Shown here: positions 1-8,730 of the stretch, piece by piece
Layout of the letters: the number at the start of each line of letters is the position of its first letter
Position numbering within the stretch: position 1 is the stretch's first letter
The notes under the pieces: generated by a model
Told to the model about the DNA's origin: nothing
What the model saw: only the letters and a program-made list of their open reading frames with translations
Databases searched by the model: none
NCBI GenBank assembly: GCA_963842975.1
Contig: CAWJIH010000009.1
Location: 460,310-524,309 of the forward strand
Length of the DNA: 64,000 nucleotides
Reading direction: 5' to 3'
Source of the DNA: an uncultured Actinomycetes bacterium
GTDB taxonomy: Bacteria; Actinomycetota; Actinomycetes; S36-B12; UBA10799
Program-made: the position numbers and the translations under genes

Positions 1-534
1 GTTGCCGTTGCCGCCTCTGCCGTTGGATTCGCCGCCTACCGCCGCCAGCGGATGGCCGAAGCGATCGGTGAGGGCGCCGATGCGATGGCGACTAACTTCT
101 CGGATGTCGCGAACAAGGCGGCAGCGGCCGTGAGTGAGGCCGCAGATACTGCCGCTTCCTCGGTGTCCAAGGTGGCGGACAAGACCACCGATGCCGCGGC
201 GAGTGCCGGAGCTTCCGCGCAAGAGGTTGCCAACAAGGCAGCCGCCGCAGTCGACAAGGGGGCTAGGAGCACTGCCGACGGCACCGCCAAGGTGGCTTCC
301 AGGACGGAGCAGGCTGCCGCCAAGGTGGCGGCCACGTCGTCGAAGGTCGCGGAGTCCGCCTCGGAGTCAGCAGCCGAGGTCGCTGAAAAGGTGGGGGAGT
401 CGGCTAAAGAAATCAACGCCGAACTCGATGAAGCCGAAGCGGCGGCCGCCAAGGCCGATGCCGATGCAGAGTCCGACGCGGTCGAATCGGGTGACGCCAA
501 GCCGGAGCAGGGAGACGCCGCCGGCGCTGCCTGA
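1..534 (+). CDS. Ala-rich repeat protein of unknown function, probably 5'-truncated by the window edge
   Basis: The ORF track starts at ATG 52, but the frame is open back to nt 1 with no in-frame stop. The upstream residues VAVAASAVGFAAYRRQR look like the end of a TM helix plus a basic anchor. The product is very Ala-rich, with recurring ANKAAAAV / KVA / SAAEVAEKV segments and an acidic tail. No family recognised. Confidence 0.5.
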   Translation, partial: VAVAASAVGFAAYRRQRMAEAIGEGADAMATNFSDVANKAAAAVSEAADTAASSVSKVADKTTDAAASAGASAQEVANKAAAAVDKGARSTADGTAKVASRTEQAAAKVAATSSKVAESASESAAEVAEKVGESAKEINAELDEAEAAAAKADADAESDAVESGDAKPEQGDAAGAA

Positions 535-603
535 CAACCTCTCGTTGGTGGTGTGGCGCGACGCCGGTAGGCTGCTGCCTACACCACCATGGAGGTACGC
601 GAC

Positions 604-2385
604 ATGTCGTTGTTGTTCAACCCTGCCACCTATCGGCCTGACTCGCTGGACGAAGCAACCCGCGCCGATCTTGCCGCCCTGATCGACTTCTTCGAGGCCA
701 AAGGGTTGGCTGAGATGAAGGCCGACCACCATGCAAACGTGTGGTACGACGACTTCCTTGCTGAACTCGCCGCCCGCGGAGCCTTCGCTCGATTCGGAAC
801 CCCGGCAAAGGTGGGCGCCAGCATTGGCACTCCGGAGGCCCGTTGGGACACCACTCGGATCAACGAACTGAACGAGATCCTGGCGTTCTACTCGCTGTCG
901 CACTGGTATGCCTGGCAGGTCACCGTGCTAGGCCTTGGTCCGGTCTGGACTTCGGACAATGCCGCAGCCCAGGAACTCGTGGGGGAGTTGTTGGCCGACG
1001 GGGCCATTTTCGGTTTTGGGCTGTCTGAAAAGACCCACGGTGCTGACATCTACTCCACCGACATGGTGCTCACCAAGACTGGTGACACCTGGCGGGCCAC
1101 CGGCTCGAAGTACTACATCGGAAACGGCAACGTCGCTGGTCGGCTCGCCGTGTTCGGCCGCTTCTCCGATGACGATCCGGACTACCCCGGCGAATACGCC
1201 TTCTTCCTAGTCGACCCCAGCCACCCGGCTTATGACCTGGAGAAGAACGTGGTGGCGTCCCAGATGTTTGTGGCCGCGTTCTCGCTTTCGGACTACCCGG
1301 TGGAAGCAGGCGACATTCTGCACACCGGGAAGCCAGCCTGGGATGCGGCGCTGGCAACGGTCAACGTGGGCAAGGCCAACCTCGGCTGGGCCAGCATCGG
1401 CATCTGTGAGCACGCCTTCTATGAGTCGGTCAACCATGCCAACAACCGGGTGCTGTACGGCACCACGGTCACTGAGTTCCCGCATGTTCGACGGATGCTC
1501 GGCGACGCCTACGCCCGGCTCATCGCGATGAAGCTCTACGCCGCGAGGGCCACCGACTACATGCGCTCGGCGAGTGAAGATGATCGGCGCTTCCTGCTGT
1601 TCAACCCGCTCACCAAAATGAAGGTGACCGGCGAAGGCGAGCGAGTCATTGATCTGTTGTGGGATGTGATCGCCGCTCGGGGCTTTGAACAAGACACCTA
1701 CTTCGAGCAGGCAGCCGTGCACATCCGGGCTCTGCCCAAACTCGAAGGAACTGTGGCCGTCAACGTTGCGCTGGTGCTGAAGTTCCTCCCGCAGTACCTG
1801 CTGGCTGCCAGCGGCCAAGGCCCTGACCTGCCGACAATCGGTGTGGTGGAAGACGCCCAGGACGACGGGTACCTGTTCGCGCAGGGGCCGGCATCGGGCC
1901 TCGGAAAGATCGGCTTCCACGATCCCACGCCAGCCTTTGCCCGGTTCGCTGACCTGCCGAACGTGGGCATCTTCATCGAGCAGATGAAGGCCTTTGCGAC
2001 GCTGGTCACCACCGCGCCCCCCACCGAAGAACAGCAGCGGGATCTGGACTACCTGCAATCCCTCGGACAGCTCTTCACTCAAATCGTCTACGCCCAGTTG
2101 GTCTGCGAAGCCGCAGCCTTGGCGTTGGATGAGGGAGGCACCCGAGCTGGCTCGGTGGGCGACTTCAGCGACTTGACTGAGGCCCATATCGACCGCCTCT
2201 TCGCAGTGTTTGTGCAGGATCTCAGTGAGTTCGCTTTGGGTTTGCACGGCCGCTCCACGGCCACGGCCGAGCAGCGCGCAGCAGCCCTGCCGATGATCGC
2301 GGCACCGGTGGTCGACCCGGTCAGCGAAAAGGACTTCGTGGCTGAGGTGCTGTCGTACGACGGTGCCTACACGATGGCGCCGTAA
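604..2385 (+). CDS. acyl-CoA dehydrogenase family protein (long, ~590 aa form)
   Basis: ORF 589..2385. GGAGG at 591-595 favours the ATG at 604. Overall resemblance to long acyl-CoA dehydrogenase-type flavoproteins (GFGLSEKTHGADIYSTDM, SKYYIGNGN). Substrate unknown. Confidence 0.6.
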   Translation: MSLLFNPATYRPDSLDEATRADLAALIDFFEAKGLAEMKADHHANVWYDDFLAELAARGAFARFGTPAKVGASIGTPEARWDTTRINELNEILAFYSLSHWYAWQVTVLGLGPVWTSDNAAAQELVGELLADGAIFGFGLSEKTHGADIYSTDMVLTKTGDTWRATGSKYYIGNGNVAGRLAVFGRFSDDDPDYPGEYAFFLVDPSHPAYDLEKNVVASQMFVAAFSLSDYPVEAGDILHTGKPAWDAALATVNVGKANLGWASIGICEHAFYESVNHANNRVLYGTTVTEFPHVRRMLGDAYARLIAMKLYAARATDYMRSASEDDRRFLLFNPLTKMKVTGEGERVIDLLWDVIAARGFEQDTYFEQAAVHIRALPKLEGTVAVNVALVLKFLPQYLLAASGQGPDLPTIGVVEDAQDDGYLFAQGPASGLGKIGFHDPTPAFARFADLPNVGIFIEQMKAFATLVTTAPPTEEQQRDLDYLQSLGQLFTQIVYAQLVCEAAALALDEGGTRAGSVGDFSDLTEAHIDRLFAVFVQDLSEFALGLHGRSTATAEQRAAALPMIAAPVVDPVSEKDFVAEVLSYDGAYTMAP

Positions 2386-2392
2386 TCGTTCA

Positions 2393-2439
2393 CGTCCGAC
2401 GCCACCTACTTCCCACAGGGTTGTAGGTGGCGTCGGACG
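2393..2439 (+). terminator. stem-loop downstream of the acyl-CoA dehydrogenase gene
   Basis: Perfect 17-bp inverted repeat: CGTCCGACGCCACCTAC (2393-2409) and GTAGGTGGCGTCGGACG (2423-2439), with a 13-nt loop. It starts 8 nt after the stop codon and has only a weak T tract after it (CGTTTGG). Confidence 0.55.
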
Positions 2440-2488
2440 CGTTTGGCGGCAGCGACGACGACGGTTGGGCACCCGAGCCAGGGAATAT

Positions 2489-2520
2489 ACTTAGCGGGAC
2501 TAAGGTTAGCCATGCTAAGT
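2489..2520. promoter_or_regulatory. nested palindromes immediately upstream of marR; candidate MarR operator/promoter
   Basis: ACTTAGC-GGGA-CTAAG-G-TTAGC-CAT-GCTAAGT. This contains CTTAG-N5-CTAAG (2490-2504), TTAGC-N3-GCTAA (2506-2518), and an outer ACTTAGC/GCTAAGT pair (2489-2495 / 2514-2520). It is an AT-rich patch in GC-rich DNA and ends 1 nt before the marR ORF. Confidence 0.4.
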
Positions 2521-2521
2521 A

Positions 2522-3010
2522 ATGTCTCGTGTGGAGGTCACGATGGAGCAGCAACCACCGACGGACGCAGACCGCCCTGAACCGCTGAACCCGCAGGAAA
2601 CGGCCGGCATCGCGGCGGACGTTCACGTGGCAGTGATGCGGTTGGCGCGACGGCTGCGCACCGAGTGGACCGAGGAACTCACACCGACCCAGGTGAGTGC
2701 CCTGGGGCTGATTGTGCGCGAGGGGCCGATGCCCATCTCGGCGCTTGCGAAGCGGGAAGGGGTCAAGGCTCCTTCAATGACGCGCACCGTTTCAAAGCTG
2801 GAGCAGGCCGCGCTGGTCACTCGTACCCCCGACGCTAGTGACGCCCGAGTTGTGTTGGTATCGGCCACCGTTGCTGGTGGCGAAGCCGTGGAACGCATTC
2901 GACAAGCGCGGCGCGCGTGGCTGACAGAACGATTGAACTCGTTGCCCGATGGTGATCTGCGTGTGCTGCAGGCCGCAGCGGCGCTCCTGGTGGAGGTGGC
3001 CAGCAGATGA
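2522..3010 (+). CDS. MarR family transcriptional regulator
   Basis: Its size (~155-162 aa) and winged-helix region (LTPTQVSALGLIVREGPMPISALAKREGVKAPSMTRTVSKLEQAALVTR) are typical of MarR. An alternative start at ATG 2543 is preceded by GGAGG (2533-2537). The stop overlaps the start of the downstream MFS gene (ATGA). Confidence 0.85.
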   Translation: MSRVEVTMEQQPPTDADRPEPLNPQETAGIAADVHVAVMRLARRLRTEWTEELTPTQVSALGLIVREGPMPISALAKREGVKAPSMTRTVSKLEQAALVTRTPDASDARVVLVSATVAGGEAVERIRQARRAWLTERLNSLPDGDLRVLQAAAALLVEVASR

Positions 3011-4293
3011 GCCGAACTTTCGAATCATTGGCGAATCGCAACTATCGCTGGTTCATCAGCGGTCAAGCGGTGACCAACATCGGCACCTGGATGCAACGCG
3101 TCGCGCAAGATTGGCTAGTCCTCGAAGTCACACACGGAAACGCGGTGGCGCTCGGACTCGTGACTGCACTGCAGTTCCTGCCATTTCTCATCTTGGCTCC
3201 AGTGGCCGGAGTTGTGGCAGACCGCTTCAGCCGTCGGGTGGTGCTGGTCGTGACCGGCGCGCTCGGTGCAGTGGCGGCTGGATCGTTGGCGCTCGCCACG
3301 ATCGTCGGTGCAGCTAGCCTGCCCTTGATTTTGGTGGCAGGTGCCGTGTTGGGTCTGGCGTCGGCATTCGACCATCCTGCTCGGCAGGCGCTCCTGGGGG
3401 AGTTGGTAGGAACGGACGGCCTACGAAACGCCGTCGCCTTGAATGCCGCCACATTCAACATGGCGCGCATCGTGGGCCCGGCATTGGCTGGGATCGCCAT
3501 CGCCGCGTTGGGCTCCGGCCCGGTGTTTGCACTGAATGCGGTGTCGTTCCTGGCCGCAGTAGCGACGCTCGGAATGCTGCGCACGGCCGATTTCCATCGG
3601 ATGAAACCCAGCGGTGAGCGCGTCACATTCACCGCCGGAATCAGATATCTGCGGACTCGGCCGGATCTGGTCTTAGTCTTGGTGATGGTGGGCTTTGCGG
3701 CGGTGTTCGCGTTCAACTTTGCCCTCACGACCGTACTCATGGCCACCGCGGAGTTCTCTCGGGGAGCGGCCGCCTACGGGCTGCTGGGCACCAGCTTGGC
3801 AGTTGGATCCATCGCGGGGTCGCTGCTGGCGGCCAGACGGCGCAAGTCGATTGAACTGCGGATCGTGTTCGCCGCCGGGGTGCTGTTCGGGTTGGTCACC
3901 GCCGTGGCGGGACTGATGCCAAGCTACCTCGCCTTCGTGCTGTTCCTACCGCTTGCGGGTCTGACCGCTATGACGTTTTCCATCGGCGCGCAAAGCTACC
4001 TGCAGATCAACACCGCCGCGGACATGCGGGGAAGGGTGATGGGGCTGTACGCGTTGGTGTTTTTTGGCAGCAATCCGCTGGGGGCGCCTTTCCTAGGTTG
4101 GGTGTCGATGCAGTTCGGTCCTCGATGGGCCCTCATCGGTGGCGGCCTGGCCGCGGCTGCTTCTCTTGCGGCGCTCGCCTTATGGGCGAGGCGCCGGCGT
4201 CTGATCGGCCCACGAGGCCAGCACGGCGCGGATGCTCCGACGGTCGCGCGCGCGCCCGCGCCACATGAGCGTCAACCGGCAGCGGTGGGCTAA
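3007..4293 (+). CDS. MFS transporter
   Basis: 428 aa, hydrophobic throughout with about 12 predicted TM segments. Translationally coupled to marR, a typical regulator/efflux pair. Confidence 0.8.
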   Translation: MSRTFESLANRNYRWFISGQAVTNIGTWMQRVAQDWLVLEVTHGNAVALGLVTALQFLPFLILAPVAGVVADRFSRRVVLVVTGALGAVAAGSLALATIVGAASLPLILVAGAVLGLASAFDHPARQALLGELVGTDGLRNAVALNAATFNMARIVGPALAGIAIAALGSGPVFALNAVSFLAAVATLGMLRTADFHRMKPSGERVTFTAGIRYLRTRPDLVLVLVMVGFAAVFAFNFALTTVLMATAEFSRGAAAYGLLGTSLAVGSIAGSLLAARRRKSIELRIVFAAGVLFGLVTAVAGLMPSYLAFVLFLPLAGLTAMTFSIGAQSYLQINTAADMRGRVMGLYALVFFGSNPLGAPFLGWVSMQFGPRWALIGGGLAAAASLAALALWARRRRLIGPRGQHGADAPTVARAPAPHERQPAAVG

Positions 4294-4317
4294 GTTGGCG
4301 GCCACGACAACTGGAGG

Positions 4318-4768
4318 GTGACCATGAGCAAGTCTGACGATTCGAACGACCCTAGCGCCGAGATTCCGACCACGGTTCTGTGGCGGGATGAGCCAGCCAA
4401 ACACGACTACCCGGCAGCGGCCAACTACCTCAGCCTGATCGCAGACAAGTCGACGGTGGCCGACCTTGTCGATTCCCTGCAGAAGGCTCCGGTGGAGCAC
4501 TATCGGGCAAATGATCTTGCTGCGTGCGGCTCGTCTGGAATTGCTGCCGCTGGATGACTACAGCGTCAAGGCCGACCTGAAGAAGATGATCCTCGGAACC
4601 CCGCTCTCGCCGGTACTCATCGTTCGGGGGGATCTGCTCAGCAACGATCCGCTCACCATCGCCGACGGCTACCACCGAATCTGCGCCAGCTACCACCTCT
4701 CAGAGAAGACCTACATCCCGTGCAAGGTCGTGGATCTTCCCGTGCGCGAGGTTCTCACAGCCAAGTAG
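4318..4768 (+). pseudogene. small hypothetical protein with a weak ParB/Srx-like motif, split by an apparent +1 frameshift near 4519
   Basis: ORF 4318..4557 (frame 1) and ORF 4466..4768 (frame 2) join smoothly if nt 4519 is skipped, giving ...VEHYRANDL|LRAARLELLPLDDYSV.... The C-terminal part contains LIVRGD...IADGYHRICAS, reminiscent of the DGxHR core of ParB-like nuclease/sulfiredoxin folds. Confidence 0.4.
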
Positions 4769-4940
4769 TGCCCCCTGGCTTCGGCAGCAGACGATTTGGC
4801 TGGGCGCCCATTCGAAGTTGTCCAGCAGAGACCAGGCGAAATGGGCTTCCACCGTCACACCTCGGTCCCCGGGCGGCCGCGACTCTTGCAGCGTCCGCGC
4901 CCCATGGGGGACGGTTCCTAGCCCCGCCAGGGAAGGTGAC

Positions 4941-5138
4941 TCATCCGCTCTTGCGGCGGAAATGCCTGGCGCCGCCGGATTGGCCGTGAGTTCCCTGCGC
5001 TTTGGCGCGGCCTTCCAGATGGTCTTGGCCTTCGTGCTCGCGGGCGCCCTTCTTCGCTAGCGCTGCACGCATTTGTTCTTTGATGTCATCCGGGGCTGCA
5101 CGGTCGGCCGACTCGGGGGAGTCGTTGTTGGTATCCAC
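4941..5138 (-). CDS. DUF5302-like small conserved actinobacterial protein
   Basis: 65 aa, GTG start, charged and low-complexity. It has the characteristic K/R-rich helix (IKEQMRAALAKK) and a C-terminal ...HFRRKSG tail. Confidence 0.65.
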   Translation of the reverse strand: MDTNNDSPESADRAAPDDIKEQMRAALAKKGAREHEGQDHLEGRAKAQGTHGQSGGARHFRRKSG

Positions 5139-5141
5139 CCG

Positions 5142-6008
5142 TCAAACCTTAGCCTGGTCCGGGCCGGCAGCGTCCAAACCGTTTGCGCCCAGATGAGCCA
5201 GCAGCGCTTCGGTGACTTCCGCTACGGCCCTCTCGGGCAGCCAGTGCCCCTGCCTCGGCAATGCGACGAAGGTGTACGGGCCGGTGACGAATTCTGCGGT
5301 TGCCACGGCCCCCGCCTCGCCCAAAGCCGGATCACGTCGACCCCACACATAAAGCGTCGGCACCTTGATCCGATGTATCGGCACAGAGGGTCGGATGACG
5401 TCGCGGGGCAGTGCCCGGTACCAGTTGAGCATGGCAGTCAGGGCGCCAGGTTCCGAGGCGTTCGCCGTGTACCGGGCTACCGAATCAGCTGGCAGCCCCC
5501 GCATCACTGAAGACCACATGGGCTGTCCAGGTTTCAAGGCCTGCTCGGCTAGGAACGGTACTTGGAACAAACCCATGTACCACGACTTGAGGCCTTGCTT
5601 GCTGCGCACCATAGCGCGTTTCAGGGCCCCCGGATGAGGGGTCGACAGGGCAGTCAGCGAGGCCACCCGCTCCGGGGCCTGGGAAGCCAGTGCCCAGGCC
5701 ACTGCGCCGCCCCAGTCGTGTCCCACGATGTGTGCCTGCTGCACCCCCACGGCGTCCATGATCCCCCACACATCCGCAGTCAGGTGGGCCAACTGATAGG
5801 CACCTACCGAGGTCGGCCGGGCCGCTGCGGAGTACCCGCGCTGATCAGGTGCGATGGTGCGGTAGCCGGCGGCGTTGAGACTCTCGGTGATCTCCCGCCA
5901 GCAGGAGCGATCCTGCGGGAAACCGTGCAGCAGTACGACCACTTCGCCGTCCGCTGGGCCGTTGATGTCGACGTTGAAGACCAACCCGTTCGCTTCGACT
6001 GTGTCCAT
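5142..6008 (-). CDS. alpha/beta hydrolase (epoxide hydrolase/haloalkane dehalogenase-like)
   Basis: Oxyanion motif VVLLHGFP, nucleophile elbow GHDWGG, C-terminal His (QGHWLPE). Start taken at the internal Met (MDTVEANG), which is aa 21 of ORF 5142..6068. Confidence 0.85.
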   Translation of the reverse strand: MDTVEANGLVFNVDINGPADGEVVVLLHGFPQDRSCWREITESLNAAGYRTIAPDQRGYSAAARPTSVGAYQLAHLTADVWGIMDAVGVQQAHIVGHDWGGAVAWALASQAPERVASLTALSTPHPGALKRAMVRSKQGLKSWYMGLFQVPFLAEQALKPGQPMWSSVMRGLPADSVARYTANASEPGALTAMLNWYRALPRDVIRPSVPIHRIKVPTLYVWGRRDPALGEAGAVATAEFVTGPYTFVALPRQGHWLPERAVAEVTEALLAHLGANGLDAAGPDQAKV

Positions 6009-6085
6009 AATGGTCCAGCGTACGCGCCGGGATTGCCCGTCGTTGAGCCATCGCGCCAGTCGCGGCAAGGAGTCACCGGGACCGC

Positions 6086-6517
6086 GTGGTCGTCAGTTCG
6101 TGGCCATGTCAGGCTTGGGCGGTGTCCTTGCCCGAATCATCTGCGCCCCAGCGCGCGGGGCCGCCGACGGGGCCATGGCGGCCATGGTTCACCATCACCG
6201 CGACCATCGGGATCGTCGCGGTGCTGATGATTCCCGGCCCATCGGTGCCCAGCGTGGGATTCAGCGGTATCGACGTGCTGGCCCACATCCTGCTGTTCGC
6301 CGCCTGGGCGGCTGCTGTGCAGTGGGAATTCGCGTTTCGGTTTGGACACCTAATGGCGCTAGCTACCGGGTTTGCCCTTGCGACCGAGTCGCTTCAGACC
6401 TTGGCAATTGAGCGCACCTTCTCGATGTCGGACATCGCCGCAGATCTGGTGGGGGCCGCGCTCGGTGGCTTGCTCACGAGGTGGCTGCGCCGCCGCTCAC
6501 TCCAGTTCGGCGAATAG
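6086..6517 (+). CDS. VanZ-like family membrane protein
   Basis: Small polytopic membrane protein with D..AH...F, E..Q and D...D..G..LG spacing typical of VanZ. Start codon uncertain. Confidence 0.45.
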   Translation: MVVSSWPCQAWAVSLPESSAPQRAGPPTGPWRPWFTITATIGIVAVLMIPGPSVPSVGFSGIDVLAHILLFAAWAAAVQWEFAFRFGHLMALATGFALATESLQTLAIERTFSMSDIAADLVGAALGGLLTRWLRRRSLQFGE

Positions 6518-7861
6518 CGTTCTCGCCTGATCAGATTGCCACTGAAGGGCTGATTGGCCGTCGATTTCAAGTGATTCTTCAGCTGTCGGGACGGTGGTTG
6601 AGGTGCCCCAGCCGAGGGAGATCATCCCCATCGCAACGCCGATTCGGCCGATGTCGAGGATGTTCGTGCCACGCGAGACTGTCAGCGCGTCGCCGGCTGC
6701 GTGCGCCGTTGCGTACGCCCGCCACGGCAACAGCCACGTGAGCGGGCTGAGGGTCTTCTTCCCAACGGCCGCGACGAACTCCTGCTGCCGTTCGATCCGT
6801 CCTAGGTCGCCGCGCGGATCCTGGTACCGCATGCGCACGTACGCAAGCGCGGTCGTGCCATCCATCGTTTGGCATCCTGCCGCGACGTTGAGTCCGCTGA
6901 GTTCGTCGTTGAAGTCCTGCACCGGGCACAACGTCACGCCACCGAGTGCGTTCGTGGTGTTCGCCACGCCAGCGAAGCCGACGGATACGAAGTCGGTGAT
7001 CTGCAGCCCGGTTGCCTGTTCCACCGTGGTGATCAGCAGTTCTGGTCCACCGAGGGCGTAGGCGGCATTGATCTTGGCGCTGCCAAATCCGGGGATGGGT
7101 ACCCAGGAGTCACGCGGGATCGACACCAGGGTCGGGGTGCCGAATGTCGGAATGTGCAGCAGCATGATGGTGTCGGTTCGGTCACCCTCCACCGAGCCCG
7201 TCGAGAGTTCGCTCTGCTGCTCTTCGGAAAGTCCGGCGCGGCTGTCACTGCCGACAATCAAAACGTTCTTGCCGCTTGAACTCGCGGAACTCACCGGGGG
7301 CATCGCGTCGATCCGATTGACCGAAAGTGCGAACACCGCGAAAAGCGACAGCACGTACACCACCAGGGCCAGCGCGATCCAGCGAAACCAATGACGTCGA
7401 CGACGCTTGCCGGTGGTTGTGCGTCGGCTTGGCTGCACGGGGCTGCCGGCAGGAGCACGTGGCGGCGGCGGTGGAACCACCGGTGCAGCCGTGCTTCGTG
7501 ATGGTTGCGGTGTTGATTGTGGCGTCGGTTGCGGCACAACAGCCCGCTGCCGAGTGTGTGCGGGCGCCGAGTGTGCTGGCGCCGGGATCACCGGGATCAC
7601 CGCGGGGCGCGCAGCAGTCGGATCGGCATCACCGATCACCTGGGTCTGGTCGCCCAGCACCGCGGTCTGATCTGCTGGCTCGTCGGTGGTGCCAGGAGTT
7701 GATCCGGACGGGTTCGCCTGCGACGGGTTTGCCTGCGACGGGTCGTCGGCCTTCGGGCGTAAGAAGGACTCGAACTCGGGTGGCAGCGCATTCACTAGAA
7801 CATGGTGCCTTGTTCCGACGGGTTCGGACAGCCATTTATGTCGGAAGGAGCCATTTATCAC
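6497..7861 (-). CDS. LCP (LytR-CpsA-Psr) family cell-envelope glycopolymer transferase
   Basis: One TM segment after a Pro/Gln-rich cytoplasmic N-terminus. LCP core NVLIVGSDSR...DRTDTIMLLHIP...SIPRDSWV. Confidence 0.85.
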   Translation of the reverse strand: MINGSFRHKWLSEPVGTRHHVLVNALPPEFESFLRPKADDPSQANPSQANPSGSTPGTTDEPADQTAVLGDQTQVIGDADPTAARPAVIPVIPAPAHSAPAHTRQRAVVPQPTPQSTPQPSRSTAAPVVPPPPPRAPAGSPVQPSRRTTTGKRRRRHWFRWIALALVVYVLSLFAVFALSVNRIDAMPPVSSASSSGKNVLIVGSDSRAGLSEEQQSELSTGSVEGDRTDTIMLLHIPTFGTPTLVSIPRDSWVPIPGFGSAKINAAYALGGPELLITTVEQATGLQITDFVSVGFAGVANTTNALGGVTLCPVQDFNDELSGLNVAAGCQTMDGTTALAYVRMRYQDPRGDLGRIERQQEFVAAVGKKTLSPLTWLLPWRAYATAHAAGDALTVSRGTNILDIGRIGVAMGMISLGWGTSTTVPTAEESLEIDGQSALQWQSDQARTLFAELE

Positions 7862-7925
7862 ACCAAATGCCCGGCGATGGGTTCAGATTCGCAGTAAACA
7901 TTCGAGCCGCAATGCGGGATTAGGG

Positions 7926-7997
7926 TGCCCCCGGCAGGATTCGAACCTGCGCACATGGCTCCGGAGGCCACTGCTCTATCCCCTGAGCTACGGGGGC
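7926..7997 (-). tRNA. tRNA-Arg (anticodon CCG)
   Basis: The reverse complement folds as a cloverleaf. Acceptor GCCCCCG/CGGGGGC plus discriminator A, D-arm GCTC-AGGGGATA-GAGC, anticodon stem-loop GTGGC-CTCCGGA-GCCAT, T-arm GCAGG-TTCGAAT-CCTGC. CCA is not encoded. Confidence 0.93.
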
Positions 7998-8055
7998 CAA
8001 GGGTTCGCGCAGAACATTAGCAGCCGACGCGCCGCAGGCAGGTGTCTACCCACCG

Positions 8056-8700
8056 GTGAGCAGATGGGAAAGTGTGGCCATGGGAGTTTTCACGACGGCG
8101 CCAAAGGGTGTGCGGACGCCGGCCATGAGGCTGCTCGGCCTGGCTGCGGTGATTGCCACTCTGGGCGGGTGTGCTCAGGTGCTCACGGTGGAACCGACGA
8201 CGCGGATCGGCGCCCTGAATCCTGGGCCTGCCGAGGAGGCGTCGAACTTCTTCGGGGTCACCTATGAACCCTGCAGTGCCATCCAACTGGAGGGATACCC
8301 AGCAAATCTGGCGCGTGCCTCCCACGACTACTACCAAGGCCCCTGGTGTGCTCGTGCCGGCGACACCCGCTCGTATCTGTGGGCGTACGCCCGAGCAATG
8401 GGCCCGGATCAATCCTCAGCATCCGTGGGTCGGGACGTGCTTGCGGATGCCGAGCAGTTGGTGCTCGACATGGAGGCACAGGGCTATCTACGGGTGTGCG
8501 GACAAGTGCAACCCGGTGTCACCGTCGACGCCGGATTTGAGAACGCCTCGGAACCCACCCGGATCCGAGTTTCCAAGCGAGGGCTCGTAGCCGATCCACC
8601 AACGGCGACCAGCATCGAGCCGCCGTCGCTCGTGGTGGCCCTCAGCCCGGCGACCCGCGCTCCGTCGGTGCCGGCGGGCGAGTACGCTCCGCCCTGCTGA
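8056..8700 (+). CDS. putative lipoprotein, unknown function
   Basis: Signal peptide with lipobox MRLLGLAAVIATLGG|CAQ. The true start may be an internal Met at 8080 or 8125. Several Cys in the mature part. Confidence 0.55.
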   Translation: MSRWESVAMGVFTTAPKGVRTPAMRLLGLAAVIATLGGCAQVLTVEPTTRIGALNPGPAEEASNFFGVTYEPCSAIQLEGYPANLARASHDYYQGPWCARAGDTRSYLWAYARAMGPDQSSASVGRDVLADAEQLVLDMEAQGYLRVCGQVQPGVTVDAGFENASEPTRIRVSKRGLVADPPTATSIEPPSLVVALSPATRAPSVPAGEYAPPC

Positions 8701-8730
8701 CCTCGTTGCCTTCTCAGTAGGCTAATCCCC

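Noticed and set aside
1207-2472. Long antisense and alternative-frame ORFs listed in the track. Examples: 1207..2472(-), 10893..12197(-), 28937..30205(-), 35239..36465(-), 43419..44570(+), 46677..47849(+), 50511..51686(-), 60238..61968(+).
   Set aside because: Each lies opposite to, or out of frame within, a gene with clear family motifs. Their products are Arg/Pro/Gly/His-rich low-complexity strings with no recognisable motifs. These are typical shadow ORFs of GC-rich DNA.
7710-7739. A 15-bp tandem duplication (GGTTTGCCTGCGACG-type) as a possible regulatory repeat.
   Set aside because: It lies inside the LCP gene and simply encodes SQANP-SQANP in the disordered Pro/Gln-rich cytoplasmic tail.
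8701-8730. T-box or other leader upstream of argS.
   Set aside because: The intergenic space is only 30 nt, too short for such an element.
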